Source: Flavisolibacter sp. (lineage in GTDB: Bacteria; Bacteroidota; Bacteroidia; Chitinophagales; Chitinophagaceae). Taken from it: DNA of 55,695 nt. Below the pieces are notes generated by a model. The model ran no database searches and had not been told where the DNA came from. It saw nothing but the letters and a program-made list of their open reading frames with translations. The stretch covers positions 1 to 55,695 of the forward strand of contig DASTMJ010000205.1 of assembly GCA_035714205.1 (NCBI GenBank), written 5' to 3'. Each line of letters starts with the position of its first letter. The stretch's first letter is position 1. Position numbers and translations under genes: made by a program. Below, in pieces: positions 1 through 8,853 of the stretch.

Positions 1-440
1 CAATAGGTGCCGTAGGTTTGAATGATGTGTATGTTGTGCCTCATGATAATGTTACGCCGTTTTATATTACCAGTGAAACGGAAGCGGTACGTACCCGCTT
101 AAGAGAAATGAAACGAAGATTTTTGGGAAACCGGGAACCAGAAGATTTGAGTGGTAAAACAGTTATTGTAATTGACGATGGAATTGCAACCGGAGCAACG
201 CTGCTGGCCACGCTGGCCATTTTAAAAAAAAGCCAACCCGCTAAAATTGTTGTGGCTACACCTGTTATCTCTTCCTCAGCAATGGAAAAATTATCGGCTG
301 AAGCAGACGAGGTAATCACACTTCATTTGCCTGAGACATTTTATGGTGTTGGGGCTTTTTATACAGATTTTAAGCAGGTAACAGATGAAGAAGTAATATT
401 TTACCTTGGCAAATTAAGAGAATTAAAAAAAGCGGGTTGA
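1..440 (+). CDS. Phosphoribosyltransferase family protein (5' partial)
   Basis: PRPP-binding motif VIVIDDGIATGAT; C-terminal FYGVGAFYTDFKQVTDEEV; frame is open back to the window edge (IGAVGLND), so the start lies upstream. Confidence 0.88.
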   Translation, partial: IGAVGLNDVYVVPHDNVTPFYITSETEAVRTRLREMKRRFLGNREPEDLSGKTVIVIDDGIATGATLLATLAILKKSQPAKIVVATPVISSSAMEKLSAEADEVITLHLPETFYGVGAFYTDFKQVTDEEVIFYLGKLRELKKAG

Positions 441-487
441 CAGCAATACCCGTTATTTAATTATTCTTGCTTCCTCCATAAAAAACC

Positions 488-907
488 TCAGGTATCACTG
501 TTTTTATTTTTCTCTTTTTGTTCCTGTAATGTTGATGCTAAAAATTCGTTGCAACTATATTTTGTATCCAGGAAAGTTTTTTCCAGGCTGTGCATATTTT
601 CACGTAAGGTTTTCTGCTGCTGGTGGATACCTGCGGATATCTGTTCGTTTTCGAGAGGCAGGTTCTTTAAGAGAAGTTGTTTTTTCAAAACCTCTATACC
701 GGATTGTTGCCTGAAAAAATCAAGTTTTGATACCTGTAACTGGTTGAGGTGATGTTCTACTTTAGCGGCCAGGTGAATTACAGTGTCATACCTTGTAATT
801 TCATTCAACCATTCTTCTGTTTCATCAATATATTCCAGGTAAAATTCAATGGAGTCTTTCCATTCTTCCTGTTCGTTGATATAAAATTCAGCAATTGAAT
901 AATTCAT
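488..907 (-). CDS. Hypothetical helical protein, 139 aa
   Basis: ATG-started ORF directly downstream of a tandem-box promoter (924-988); no recognised motif. Confidence 0.75.
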   Translation of the reverse strand: MNYSIAEFYINEQEEWKDSIEFYLEYIDETEEWLNEITRYDTVIHLAAKVEHHLNQLQVSKLDFFRQQSGIEVLKKQLLLKNLPLENEQISAGIHQQQKTLRENMHSLEKTFLDTKYSCNEFLASTLQEQKEKNKNSDT

Positions 908-923
908 GTCTGAAAGTTTTTCG

Positions 924-988
924 TAAAGCTATTAAGAGGATAGATGTGGATTCATGAGGACCGTCAGGATATTTCTTGATACCAATTA
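924..988 (-). promoter_or_regulatory. Tandem Crp/Fnr-like box promoter
   Basis: TGAGGACCGTCA (955-966) and TGATACCAATTA (977-988), 22 bp apart; minus-strand TAGCTTTA at 931-924. Confidence 0.75.
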
Positions 989-1025
989 CCGGATATGGTA
1001 AGACAGCGGTGTTTATCTGTGTGCA

Positions 1026-2921
1026 TCAGTTATTTGCAGGCAAGCCTATAATAACAGTAGTTCCTTTATCTAATTTGCTGATTATCCTGATTGTGCCGTT
1101 TAAAAGATTTACGTATTTCTTTACAATATGTAAGCCCAGGCCTGTTCCCTGGATATTCTGAGCATTTGTTGCCCTGTAAAAACTTTCGAATAAATGTTTT
1201 TGATCTATCCTGCTAATACCTATTCCCCTGTCCTTTATTTTTATCAGGACCTTTTTCTGTTCTACAAATGTTGTAATTGAGATCTTTTTGTTTTCCTGCG
1301 AAAATTTAATAGCATTAACAATTAAATTGAGAAGGATGGTTTTTAGTAATTTTTTATCCTGTTCTATTACTGTAAGACCCTCATGGACATACCGCAGTAT
1401 CTGACCTTTTTTTAAGAGGGGGTTTAGTTCTTCCGTTATGTTGGTTATCAAGTCTTTTATATTAAAGCGGGTACTATGAACAACTGCTTTGCCCTCTTCC
1501 AGTTTACCAAGTGAAAGGAAATCATCAAGCAATGTATTCATGTGGTAAACGGCTTCTTTGATCCTGCTCAGGTGGCGGTTTTTATGTGCATCAATTATGT
1601 CCGCCATATATTTTTCAAGTAAATAAAGGGAAGATAGAATAGTGCTGAGTGGTGTTCTGAACTCATGTGAAGCCATAGAAACAAACCGGCTCTTCATTTC
1701 GTTTAGCTGGTGTTCTTTTTCCAGGGATTTCTTTAAATGTTTTTCGGAAAGCTGTAGTTGCCTCAGGCTTTGCGTTAGTGATTGTTTTAACAAAGTTTCT
1801 TCCGTTATATCAATTGCCCATCCGCCAACATAAAATTTGCCTTCTGATAAAATGGGAAATTTTATAATCTGGTAACTATGCTCCTGCCCATCCGGGGTAA
1901 CTCCTTTTTCTATGGTACGCAAGATCTTGGTGCTGGCTCGCACCAACTTGTCGTGTTCAATATACGATTCAGCAAAATGTGATGGGAAAACGTCGGCAAG
2001 GTGTTTCCCAATATCTGTTTTTTTCAGCTTGAAGGTTTTTGCATACGAAGGGTTTATATAGTTCAATGTACCATCTTCACCGGTTATCCATGATAAAATA
2101 GGGCTGTTATCCATAAAGGTTTCAAAAAGCTTTTTGCTTCGGTAAAGAAGTTCATTTAGCTGCTCTATCGATTTTTGAGGTGTGATGTCCCTAACCAGGC
2201 AGCATGCATGCGTGATAAAGCCTTCCGAATTCTTTACTGGGAAATAGCTTGCCTGTATCCAGATATTTTTGTTTTTTACCTTAATCTCTAACTGATAAGT
2301 ACATTTTTGTCCGCTGAGTGCAGTTTGGAAACACTCCCTGATTTGCTCTTTTCGGTGTTGGGGTAATTTTGAGATCACATTATCGCCGGATTTATAAGTA
2401 AATCCATATGTTTCTTTGATTTTTTTATTTGCTTTTTCATCGATATGCACCAGTTGCAGATCTTTATTTATTACAAAAAATATGTCATCTACAGAGGAGA
2501 TGATCGATAAAAAGGTTGACAGCTCTGTTTTGGTCTCGTTTAATTCTGTAATATCCCGGTGTACTCCAACGTATCCAATTGTTTTTCCTTTTGGATTTTT
2601 GATAACAGTAACTGAAGCATCGATCAATAATAGTTTTCCTTCATTGGTCAGGAAATGAATATTGCCCTTCCAATATCCTTTTTCCAATAGGTCTGTTCTT
2701 GCTTTTTCTTCGGAGTGAGCAGGGTAAATAAATTTCAAAATGGTATATCCCCTTTTCCCAATAGCTTCTGCAGAGGTGTATCCAAAAATTTCTTCAGCTC
2801 TCCTGTTCCAATATTGTATAATAAAATTCTCATCTGTGGCAACAACTGATTCGTCGATGCTCCTTAACAGGGCGGTCAAATATTCCGAATGAAAAACCGG
2901 TGGATGGCTGGCAATCCTCAT
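1026..2921 (-). CDS. Cytoplasmic multi-PAS sensor histidine kinase
   Basis: Three PAS-like repeats (e.g. YWNRRAEEIFGYTSAEAIGK); H-box SHEFRTPL, N-box NAIKFS, G1 DRGIGI, G2 GTGLGL; no TM segment; ATG 2921 preferred to TTG 2936. Confidence 0.93.
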   Translation of the reverse strand: MRIASHPPVFHSEYLTALLRSIDESVVATDENFIIQYWNRRAEEIFGYTSAEAIGKRGYTILKFIYPAHSEEKARTDLLEKGYWKGNIHFLTNEGKLLLIDASVTVIKNPKGKTIGYVGVHRDITELNETKTELSTFLSIISSVDDIFFVINKDLQLVHIDEKANKKIKETYGFTYKSGDNVISKLPQHRKEQIRECFQTALSGQKCTYQLEIKVKNKNIWIQASYFPVKNSEGFITHACCLVRDITPQKSIEQLNELLYRSKKLFETFMDNSPILSWITGEDGTLNYINPSYAKTFKLKKTDIGKHLADVFPSHFAESYIEHDKLVRASTKILRTIEKGVTPDGQEHSYQIIKFPILSEGKFYVGGWAIDITEETLLKQSLTQSLRQLQLSEKHLKKSLEKEHQLNEMKSRFVSMASHEFRTPLSTILSSLYLLEKYMADIIDAHKNRHLSRIKEAVYHMNTLLDDFLSLGKLEEGKAVVHSTRFNIKDLITNITEELNPLLKKGQILRYVHEGLTVIEQDKKLLKTILLNLIVNAIKFSQENKKISITTFVEQKKVLIKIKDRGIGISRIDQKHLFESFYRATNAQNIQGTGLGLHIVKKYVNLLNGTIRIISKLDKGTTVIIGLPANN

Positions 2922-3056
2922 GGTATTGCAAAGCACACGATAAACATTGACTAAAAAAATGAGTTGAGTGGTTCCGGCATTTGATTCTGCTCAGATTTTC
3001 AAAGCCAGAACGTTCTTCCAATAAAAAATTTGAGACTGCTTCCTGTGACCGGATGA

Positions 3057-3121
3057 TGACGATTGTCAGTAGGGTTCATAAGTCTGCTCATTCATTACCT
3101 CCGGGAGTAACCTTAGTTTTA
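3057..3121 (+). promoter_or_regulatory. Tandem Crp/Fnr-like box promoter of the response regulator
   Basis: TGACGATTGTCA (3057-3068), TAAGTCTGCTCA (3079-3090), TAGTTTTA (3114-3121). Confidence 0.72.
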
Positions 3122-3171
3122 TTACAATATCCTTTAAAAACCAAAATATTTTTCATTACAAATGGTGAAGT

Positions 3172-4227
3172 ATGAAAACCATTCTATTGATTGAGGATAA
3201 CAGGCAAATACGGGATAATGTAACAGAAATTCTTGAACTTTCCCATTACAAAGTCTTTACTGCGGAAAACGGGAAAGAAGGTGTTACCCTGGCCATTTCC
3301 AACCAGCCCGACCTGATTCTTTGTGATATTATGATGCCGGAACTGGATGGTTATGGTGTACTTCATATGTTGCAAAAAAACCCCCAGTTACAGGATACAC
3401 CATTTATTTTTTTAACAGCGAAAACAGAGCAGGCCGATCTACGGAAAGGTATGTCTTTAGGTGCAGATGATTATATCACAAAACCCTTCAATCCCACCGA
3501 CCTGTTGAATGCGGTTGAAAACAGACTTGCGAAATCAGAGGGTTTGAAAAAAAGATTCAAACATAACATACCTGAAGTGACCGGGCCAGATATAAGGCAG
3601 GACGTTGATTCATTAGTTGAGGAGCTTATGAGTGGCCGGCATATCGATATCTATAAAAAAAAGCAGCGTATATACATTGAAGGAAATCATCCCCTGAGAC
3701 TTTATTACGTTAAAAAGGGGAAGGTGAAAATTTACAAAACCAATGAACGAGGTAAAGAATTAATATTAAAGATCATTAACGAAGGTGAGATCTTTGGATA
3801 TACAGCTTTACTTCTTAATTCGCTTTATTCCGATAATGCGGATGCGTTGGAAGATGCGGAAATAGCGACATTACCCAGCAGTGAGTTCCAGGAATTTGTA
3901 CGATCCAATCCCCGGGCTTGTGTAGGATTCACAAAACTTTTGGCAACTGAAATTATAACAAAGGACGAACAGATGATCGGCCTGGCTTTCAACTCGCTAC
4001 GTAAAAAGGTGGCCAACGCCCTGGTAAGTTTGCAAAGCAGGTATACTGACAAAGCACAGCCATTATCGATCAACTTAAGCCGGGAAAACCTGGCTGCTTT
4101 GGCTGGTGCGGCTACTGAATCATTAATAAGAACATTAACCGATTTCAAAGCTGAACACCTCATAGATATCAAAGGTGGAAATATCATAGTCAAAGATTTT
4201 GATAAGCTTGCCAAGATAGCTGATTAA
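3172..4227 (+). CDS. Hybrid response regulator: REC + cNMP-binding + Crp/Fnr HTH
   Basis: REC (LIEDN, DLILCDIMMPELDG, FLTAK, KPF); cNMP fold (LYYVKKGKVKIYK, GEIFG); HTH SRENLAALAGAATESLIRTL. Confidence 0.93.
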   Translation: MKTILLIEDNRQIRDNVTEILELSHYKVFTAENGKEGVTLAISNQPDLILCDIMMPELDGYGVLHMLQKNPQLQDTPFIFLTAKTEQADLRKGMSLGADDYITKPFNPTDLLNAVENRLAKSEGLKKRFKHNIPEVTGPDIRQDVDSLVEELMSGRHIDIYKKKQRIYIEGNHPLRLYYVKKGKVKIYKTNERGKELILKIINEGEIFGYTALLLNSLYSDNADALEDAEIATLPSSEFQEFVRSNPRACVGFTKLLATEIITKDEQMIGLAFNSLRKKVANALVSLQSRYTDKAQPLSINLSRENLAALAGAATESLIRTLTDFKAEHLIDIKGGNIIVKDFDKLAKIAD

Positions 4228-4316
4228 GAGCCATTATTCCGATTTGCGTACACAAGTTTATGACAGAGCTACATAAAATCATCAGTCTAAAATCAAACGA
4301 TTTACAGGCCGCTTAC

Positions 4317-4381
4317 TGACCACAATCATTTGGCTAACCCTTCTCAATCATTGGTTCTTCAGTTAAAGGAAATCAATTTTG
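4317..4381 (+). promoter_or_regulatory. Degenerate tandem-box promoter with no downstream CDS
   Basis: TGACCACAATCA (4317-4328), half box ..CAATCA ending 4350, CAATTTTG at 4374-4381 with the same 23-nt spacer. Confidence 0.55.
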
Positions 4382-4385
4382 GGTC

Positions 4386-4444
4386 TGGTTTTTCATAGGA
4401 TATTGGACTTGCAACGGGCTGGATTTCTATCCAGCCTTCTTTTT
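4386..4444 (+). ncRNA. Candidate ~58-nt sRNA (A)
   Basis: Between the promoter at 4317-4381 and hairpin GGCTGGAT-ttct-ATCCAGCC + TTCTTTTT; 5' seed TTTTTCATAG; 5' end inferred. Confidence 0.45.
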
Positions 4445-4690
4445 ACCCAGGATAGTCGGGAAAAAAAAATACGGTATTCAGGTGAACAAGCTTTTGCATA
4501 TTCAATAAGCTACTTCAAATCGCACCTGTTGATCCAATTCTATTTTATGCTTTTGATGTAGAATGACATGGGGATGTTGGTGTTGTAAAAGAACATCTTT
4601 AATACACTATCATAAGCCTGGGGGAACAATTAGAAAGCAAAAGAAAAATTATTTAAAGAGCCGGATCCTCTGCCTCATTACTGAAGGGTT

Positions 4691-5176
4691 TCATTTTTTA
4701 CGGCTATATATACCCGTAAGTGAGCCGAAGGCCATTATGTTATCGCTCATAGCTTTTTCCACGTCGTTCACGTTTGCCGTGTTTTCAATCTTAAGAATAT
4801 TGTTGAGTGCATATACTTTAAACTGATAACGGTGAGTACCGGTTGGAGGGCAGGGTCCGCCATAACCACGTTTTTTAAAATCATTGATACCCTGTATCCC
4901 GGATTTGTGGCCTTCCCTGATATGGTGGGTTATGGGAATATTCCAGTTCAGCCAATGCAACCAGGTACCACCGGGTGCATCAGGATCGTCAACAATAAGA
5001 ACAAGAGATGCTGCTGCTTCAGGAATATTAGCCAGGTCAAGCGGCGGATTATCATTTGATCCATCGCAGGTATACTTTGCTGGTATACTTTCATTTTCCT
5101 TGAAAGCCGGGCTTGTAACAATGATCATTTTAAAATCTTCCACTTTCGTGGCTTCAAACGATTTTGCAGGGTTCAT
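4691..5176 (-). CDS. YbhB/YbcL family (PEBP/Raf kinase inhibitor-like) protein
   Basis: DDPDAP, WLHW, GINDF, YGGPCPPTGTHRY motifs. Confidence 0.93.
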   Translation of the reverse strand: MNPAKSFEATKVEDFKMIIVTSPAFKENESIPAKYTCDGSNDNPPLDLANIPEAAASLVLIVDDPDAPGGTWLHWLNWNIPITHHIREGHKSGIQGINDFKKRGYGGPCPPTGTHRYQFKVYALNNILKIENTANVNDVEKAMSDNIMAFGSLTGIYSRKK

Positions 5177-5256
5177 AATGCATTAATTTATCGCCAGGCG
5201 TGAATCGCCTGATTTGCAGCTATCAAAGGGCATAAAACCGAACTTCATCTCATTTT

Positions 5257-5291
5257 AAATAAGGTAATGCCATAAAGACACTACCTTATTT
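5257..5291. terminator. Hairpin downstream of the BON gene
   Basis: AAATAAGGTA / TACCTTATTT inverted repeat. Confidence 0.5.
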
Positions 5292-5293
5292 AT

Positions 5294-5965
5294 TCAGAAA
5301 GCTAAAACTTCCTGGGGTTCAATTTTCAGGTTGTTCTCTACAATGGAAACGCCCGGTGCACACCATGCAGCGTGTACGGCATCTTCTCTTTCTGCATTGG
5401 ACCTTACCTTACCGTTTAGTATGATCATATTACCCCTGACCTCAATGCTGATCTTTTCAGAATCTATACCTGCACTTCTTTTAAAGGCTTCAGAGATCCT
5501 GGATTTAACATCAGCCGCTGTAACTTTTGGTTTGACGGTGATAAGATTCAATACATTGCGAACGCCAAGTAAATTGTTAACGGCTTTTTTTGCAGAGTTG
5601 CGCTGGTATTCCCATTCAACTTCGCCTTCAAGAGTTACAATACCGTCTTCTACCTTTACTTTTATTTTTTCAGACGGAACCATGCTATGCCACTTTATAG
5701 CGCTGATTACTGATTCTGCAATTTCTGCATCTGTTTTAAGATAAGAAGGTGAAACGCCTATTTGTATATCTTCCGCAATAGCCCTTACACCTGCGATCTT
5801 TTTAGTTGCTTTTTCTGCAGCCAGTTTTTGGGAGTAACTATCAACCTGGCCTGAAAGGGTAACAATACCGTTCTTAACAGCTACACCTATATCAGAAGCA
5901 GTAAGAAAAGGTTCCCATTTCAGCTGGCTTATAACATCCTGTTGAATTTCAAGATCATTTTTCAT
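5294..5965 (-). CDS. Triple BON-domain (OsmY-like) protein
   Basis: Three repeats of the type IGVAVKNGIVTLSGQV / IKVKVEDGIVTLEGEV / ISIEVRGNMIILNGKV; ends AWCAPGVSIVENNL. Confidence 0.92.
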   Translation of the reverse strand: MKNDLEIQQDVISQLKWEPFLTASDIGVAVKNGIVTLSGQVDSYSQKLAAEKATKKIAGVRAIAEDIQIGVSPSYLKTDAEIAESVISAIKWHSMVPSEKIKVKVEDGIVTLEGEVEWEYQRNSAKKAVNNLLGVRNVLNLITVKPKVTAADVKSRISEAFKRSAGIDSEKISIEVRGNMIILNGKVRSNAEREDAVHAAWCAPGVSIVENNLKIEPQEVLAF

Positions 5966-6030
5966 AATAAAGTTATTTTAACATTGATGAGTGAGAAAGT
6001 TGCAAATACAAGAAGTGTTTGCATACGCCG

Positions 6031-6096
6031 CAAAGCTTATATAGAATAATCCCCGTTAACAATGAGCACGGTCAAAGCTGTTGGTGACGCCTGTCA
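6031..6096 (-). promoter_or_regulatory. Tandem Crp/Fnr-like box promoter of the BON gene
   Basis: TGAGCACGGTCA (6063-6074), TGACGCCTGTCA (6085-6096); minus-strand TAAGCTTTG at 6039-6031. Confidence 0.78.
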
Positions 6097-6120
6097 GTGA
6101 TCCGGGGAAATGGTAAGTAA

Positions 6121-6699
6121 TTATATAACTTTCTTGTTTTTCAAAACCCAATACAATCCTTTTACATTGGCTCTCCATTCGGGGATAACAAAAACCAAGA
6201 TGATCTCTTCAATAAGATCTACTGCTGTGATTACGGCTGCCATGTAAAACAGCAGGTAAGGCATATCTGTGAGAAAAAATGCAAAGATCAAAAATAAGCC
6301 CTGGAACAGGGCTGCGGTTTTGGCGAAGTAGGTATGAAAACTACTGAACTTGCCATAGCGTAAAAAGGCTAATGATACTTGTAGAATGAACAATATAAGC
6401 AGGAAACAGATCAATAAAATTTCCTGCTGAATAAATGCTGGCTTCCATACAAATAAGCCGATGATGCCCATCAAAACCGTCATGTCATCGGCAATAGAAT
6501 CAATACGGGCACCCATCACACTCACCACATGATATTTGCGGGCAAGAAAACCATCAATTGAGTCAGTAAAAAAACTAATAGCAATCATCCATTTAAAAAT
6601 ATCCGGCCTATCCCTGTAAATAAGGTAGAGTAATAAAAAGGCAGAAAGCAACCTGTAAACAGTAATGGCATTTATGATATAATAGCTTTTTCTATGCAT
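6121..6699 (-). CDS. CDP-alcohol phosphatidyltransferase family protein
   Basis: Signature DSIDGFLAR..GARIDSIADD; multiple TM helices; ATG 6699 preferred to TTG 6723. Confidence 0.92.
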   Translation of the reverse strand: MHRKSYYIINAITVYRLLSAFLLLYLIYRDRPDIFKWMIAISFFTDSIDGFLARKYHVVSVMGARIDSIADDMTVLMGIIGLFVWKPAFIQQEILLICFLLILFILQVSLAFLRYGKFSSFHTYFAKTAALFQGLFLIFAFFLTDMPYLLFYMAAVITAVDLIEEIILVFVIPEWRANVKGLYWVLKNKKVI

Positions 6700-6741
6700 T
6701 GTAGGGGTAGCTAAAAAAATCAATTATAAATATAACCTTAC

Positions 6742-6805
6742 TGACAACAAATATTAAATGTGCTGACTGATGTCATTACTTAACAACATTTCAAACCTTA
6801 TTTTG
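6742..6805 (+). promoter_or_regulatory. Tandem Crp/Fnr-like box promoter
   Basis: TGACAACAAATA (6742-6753, imperfect), TGACTGATGTCA (6764-6775), TATTTTG at 6799-6805. Confidence 0.6.
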
Positions 6806-6857
6806 TGACTTATTTATGCCCTGTGGATGAGCGCTGGAATAGTATTAATTATTGATC

Positions 6858-6995
6858 ATGAAATCTACATCCCATAAACGGAGACCATTAAAATTTGGCA
6901 ACAGGGAAATAAAGCCGGTGGTTGTGTTGACATTCCTTTTTTTAATCCTGCTCTTTATTGCTTTTTATGTTGTGCTGAAAAATCCAGCCCGTTGA
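6858..6995 (+). CDS. Small single-pass membrane protein, 45 aa (not in ORF track)
   Basis: Manual translation MKSTSHKRRPLKFGNREIKPVVVLTFLFLILLFIAFYVVLKNPAR: basic N-terminus and 20-aa hydrophobic helix; follows a tandem-box promoter. Confidence 0.6.
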   Translation: MKSTSHKRRPLKFGNREIKPVVVLTFLFLILLFIAFYVVLKNPAR

Positions 6996-7054
6996 AAACA
7001 GGTTGCATATAACCTGTATAACATTTCATTATTTTATTCAGTAAACGAGAAGCT

Positions 7055-7447
7055 ATGAAACTTTTGCTTGCAACTAAGAAATGTATCAAAGACCTCAATA
7101 GAGAAATTGCAAAAAGATTCCCGAACCTGAAATTGCACTTTTACACCTCTGTAACAAAAGTTGGACCTTCTTTCCATTTTGGATCAAAGATCGCAGACAA
7201 CACTTTGCTTGATAAACTGGTTGAGAACTTTAAGCCTTTAGTTTTAGAAGTACATCCCTGGGATACAGTTGCTTACCTGCAACAGGTATTTGAAAACGAA
7301 TTGGGCTTGTTTGTACAGGTATTTAGAAGATCTGGTAATGACTGGCTGGAAACAAGAGGAACCGAGCACCTTACTCTTGAAACGCAAAATAACATGACCT
7401 ATGAGAATTGGAATTTCCATTTTAATATTAATACCCTCTATTTATAA
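7055..7447 (+). CDS. Hypothetical protein, paralog of 8854-9258
   Basis: Shared motif QVFRxxxxxWxxTxGTxxxTLExQN. Confidence 0.8.
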   Translation: MKLLLATKKCIKDLNREIAKRFPNLKLHFYTSVTKVGPSFHFGSKIADNTLLDKLVENFKPLVLEVHPWDTVAYLQQVFENELGLFVQVFRRSGNDWLETRGTEHLTLETQNNMTYENWNFHFNINTLYL

Positions 7448-7528
7448 TACGATCAGCGTGGCATTTTTTTTAGCCTGAAAAAAATGGGAATGTACTGTGC
7501 CGTTGTGCCTGTTCGTTACGACCTGTGC

Positions 7529-7593
7529 TGACAGCTTTCACGCATATAGCTGACCATCATCATTGAAATAGACTTAGCAGGTCTTTACTTTCA
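7529..7593 (+). promoter_or_regulatory. Tandem Crp/Fnr-like box promoter
   Basis: TGACAGCTTTCA (7529-7540), TGACCATCATCA (7551-7562), TACTTTCA (7586-7593). Confidence 0.78.
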
Positions 7594-7617
7594 GGATCTA
7601 TTGCTTAAATCAAAATC

Positions 7618-8802
7618 ATGAAACCAGTCATAACCATCCTGTTGTTATTATTTTCATCTCAACAGGCACAAGCTTATCGTATGTTATGGGGAAGAACAGT
7701 TAATCTTACCCAGCCGGTTTATGAAGACCTTTATATTGCCGGCGGAACCGTAACGCTGAGCGCACCTGTATATGGCGACCTGATAATAGCCGGTGGTACA
7801 GTGTATATTAATGACTCCGTAAAAAATGATCTTTTGGTTGCAGGTGGCAAGGTAACAATTAATGGATATGTTGCTGATGATATACGATGTGCCGGTGGTG
7901 AACTTTACATTAATAAAAATATTGGAGGCGATCTTGTCCTGACCGGCGGCAAGGTAGAAATAAAAAGACAAGTTGTAATAGCGGGCGGACTTGTTGCGAG
8001 TGGTGGTGAGATTATGATGGCAGGAACCGTTAGCGGTGATATACGCAGTACGGCAGGTAATTTTATTTTTAGTGGAACTGCACAAAAAAACTTTGATTAC
8101 AGGGGAAGGCAACTTGTTTTGAATGGAGACGTGTGGGGTAACGCCATTATAGCTGCCAATCAAATAACAATAGGAGAAAACGCAGCATTTAACAATGGAG
8201 TTCGTTACTGGAGTAAAAAAGGTGAATTGGATTTCAAGTCCTCCATAAAAAACGGAGCTGCAGTTTTTGATCCTGCACTTAAGTTAAAAACAGATAACTG
8301 GTATTTCCTTGGTCATTCAACGCTATTGGGATTAAGCTGGTATCTGATCACTGTTTTTTTATTCCTGTTGTTGATAGAGTTCCTGTTTGGTAAAACATTT
8401 AAAATTGCAGGTAACCAGTTGACAAAATCCGTTATAGCCTCACTAGGCTGGGGTTTATTATTTATTGTTGGTATTCCAGTATTGGTTGTACTTCTATTGT
8501 TAACCATTATTGGTATCCCGTTTGGATTGATACTGATGGCCTGCTATATAGGGTTCCTGGTATTGACAACCATAATTGTGTCCCTGGTATTAGCTAACTG
8601 GGTTAATTATCGTTTTCAGCATCAATGGAAATTCTGGAAATTGATTTTTGCAGCATTTGGCTTTTTTGTCTTATTAAAGATCATCACGTTTACACCTTTT
8701 TTTGGCTGGCTCATTATGTTTATAATAGCCTGTATTGCTATAGGTGCATTGCTGCGTAACATTCACTGGCATAGAAACCGGGAGATGGTCGGCGCAGGGT
8801 GA
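7618..8802 (+). CDS. Bactofilin-like beta-helix repeat membrane protein
   Basis: Signal peptide; ~17-aa repeats DLxxAGGxVxIxxxVxG; hydrophobic C-terminus with about 5 TM helices. Confidence 0.8.
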   Translation: MKPVITILLLLFSSQQAQAYRMLWGRTVNLTQPVYEDLYIAGGTVTLSAPVYGDLIIAGGTVYINDSVKNDLLVAGGKVTINGYVADDIRCAGGELYINKNIGGDLVLTGGKVEIKRQVVIAGGLVASGGEIMMAGTVSGDIRSTAGNFIFSGTAQKNFDYRGRQLVLNGDVWGNAIIAANQITIGENAAFNNGVRYWSKKGELDFKSSIKNGAAVFDPALKLKTDNWYFLGHSTLLGLSWYLITVFLFLLLIEFLFGKTFKIAGNQLTKSVIASLGWGLLFIVGIPVLVVLLLLTIIGIPFGLILMACYIGFLVLTTIIVSLVLANWVNYRFQHQWKFWKLIFAAFGFFVLLKIITFTPFFGWLIMFIIACIAIGALLRNIHWHRNREMVGAG

Positions 8803-8853
8803 TGTTCCTGTTGATGAATTGAAACCATTTGTATCACCATCAAAAAAAAGGAT

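Noticed and set aside
4379-4826. ORF-track calls 4379-4561 and 4563-4826
   Set aside because: The first starts at a TTG inside the -7 element and crosses a terminator; the second overlaps YbhB antisense; composition is not protein-like
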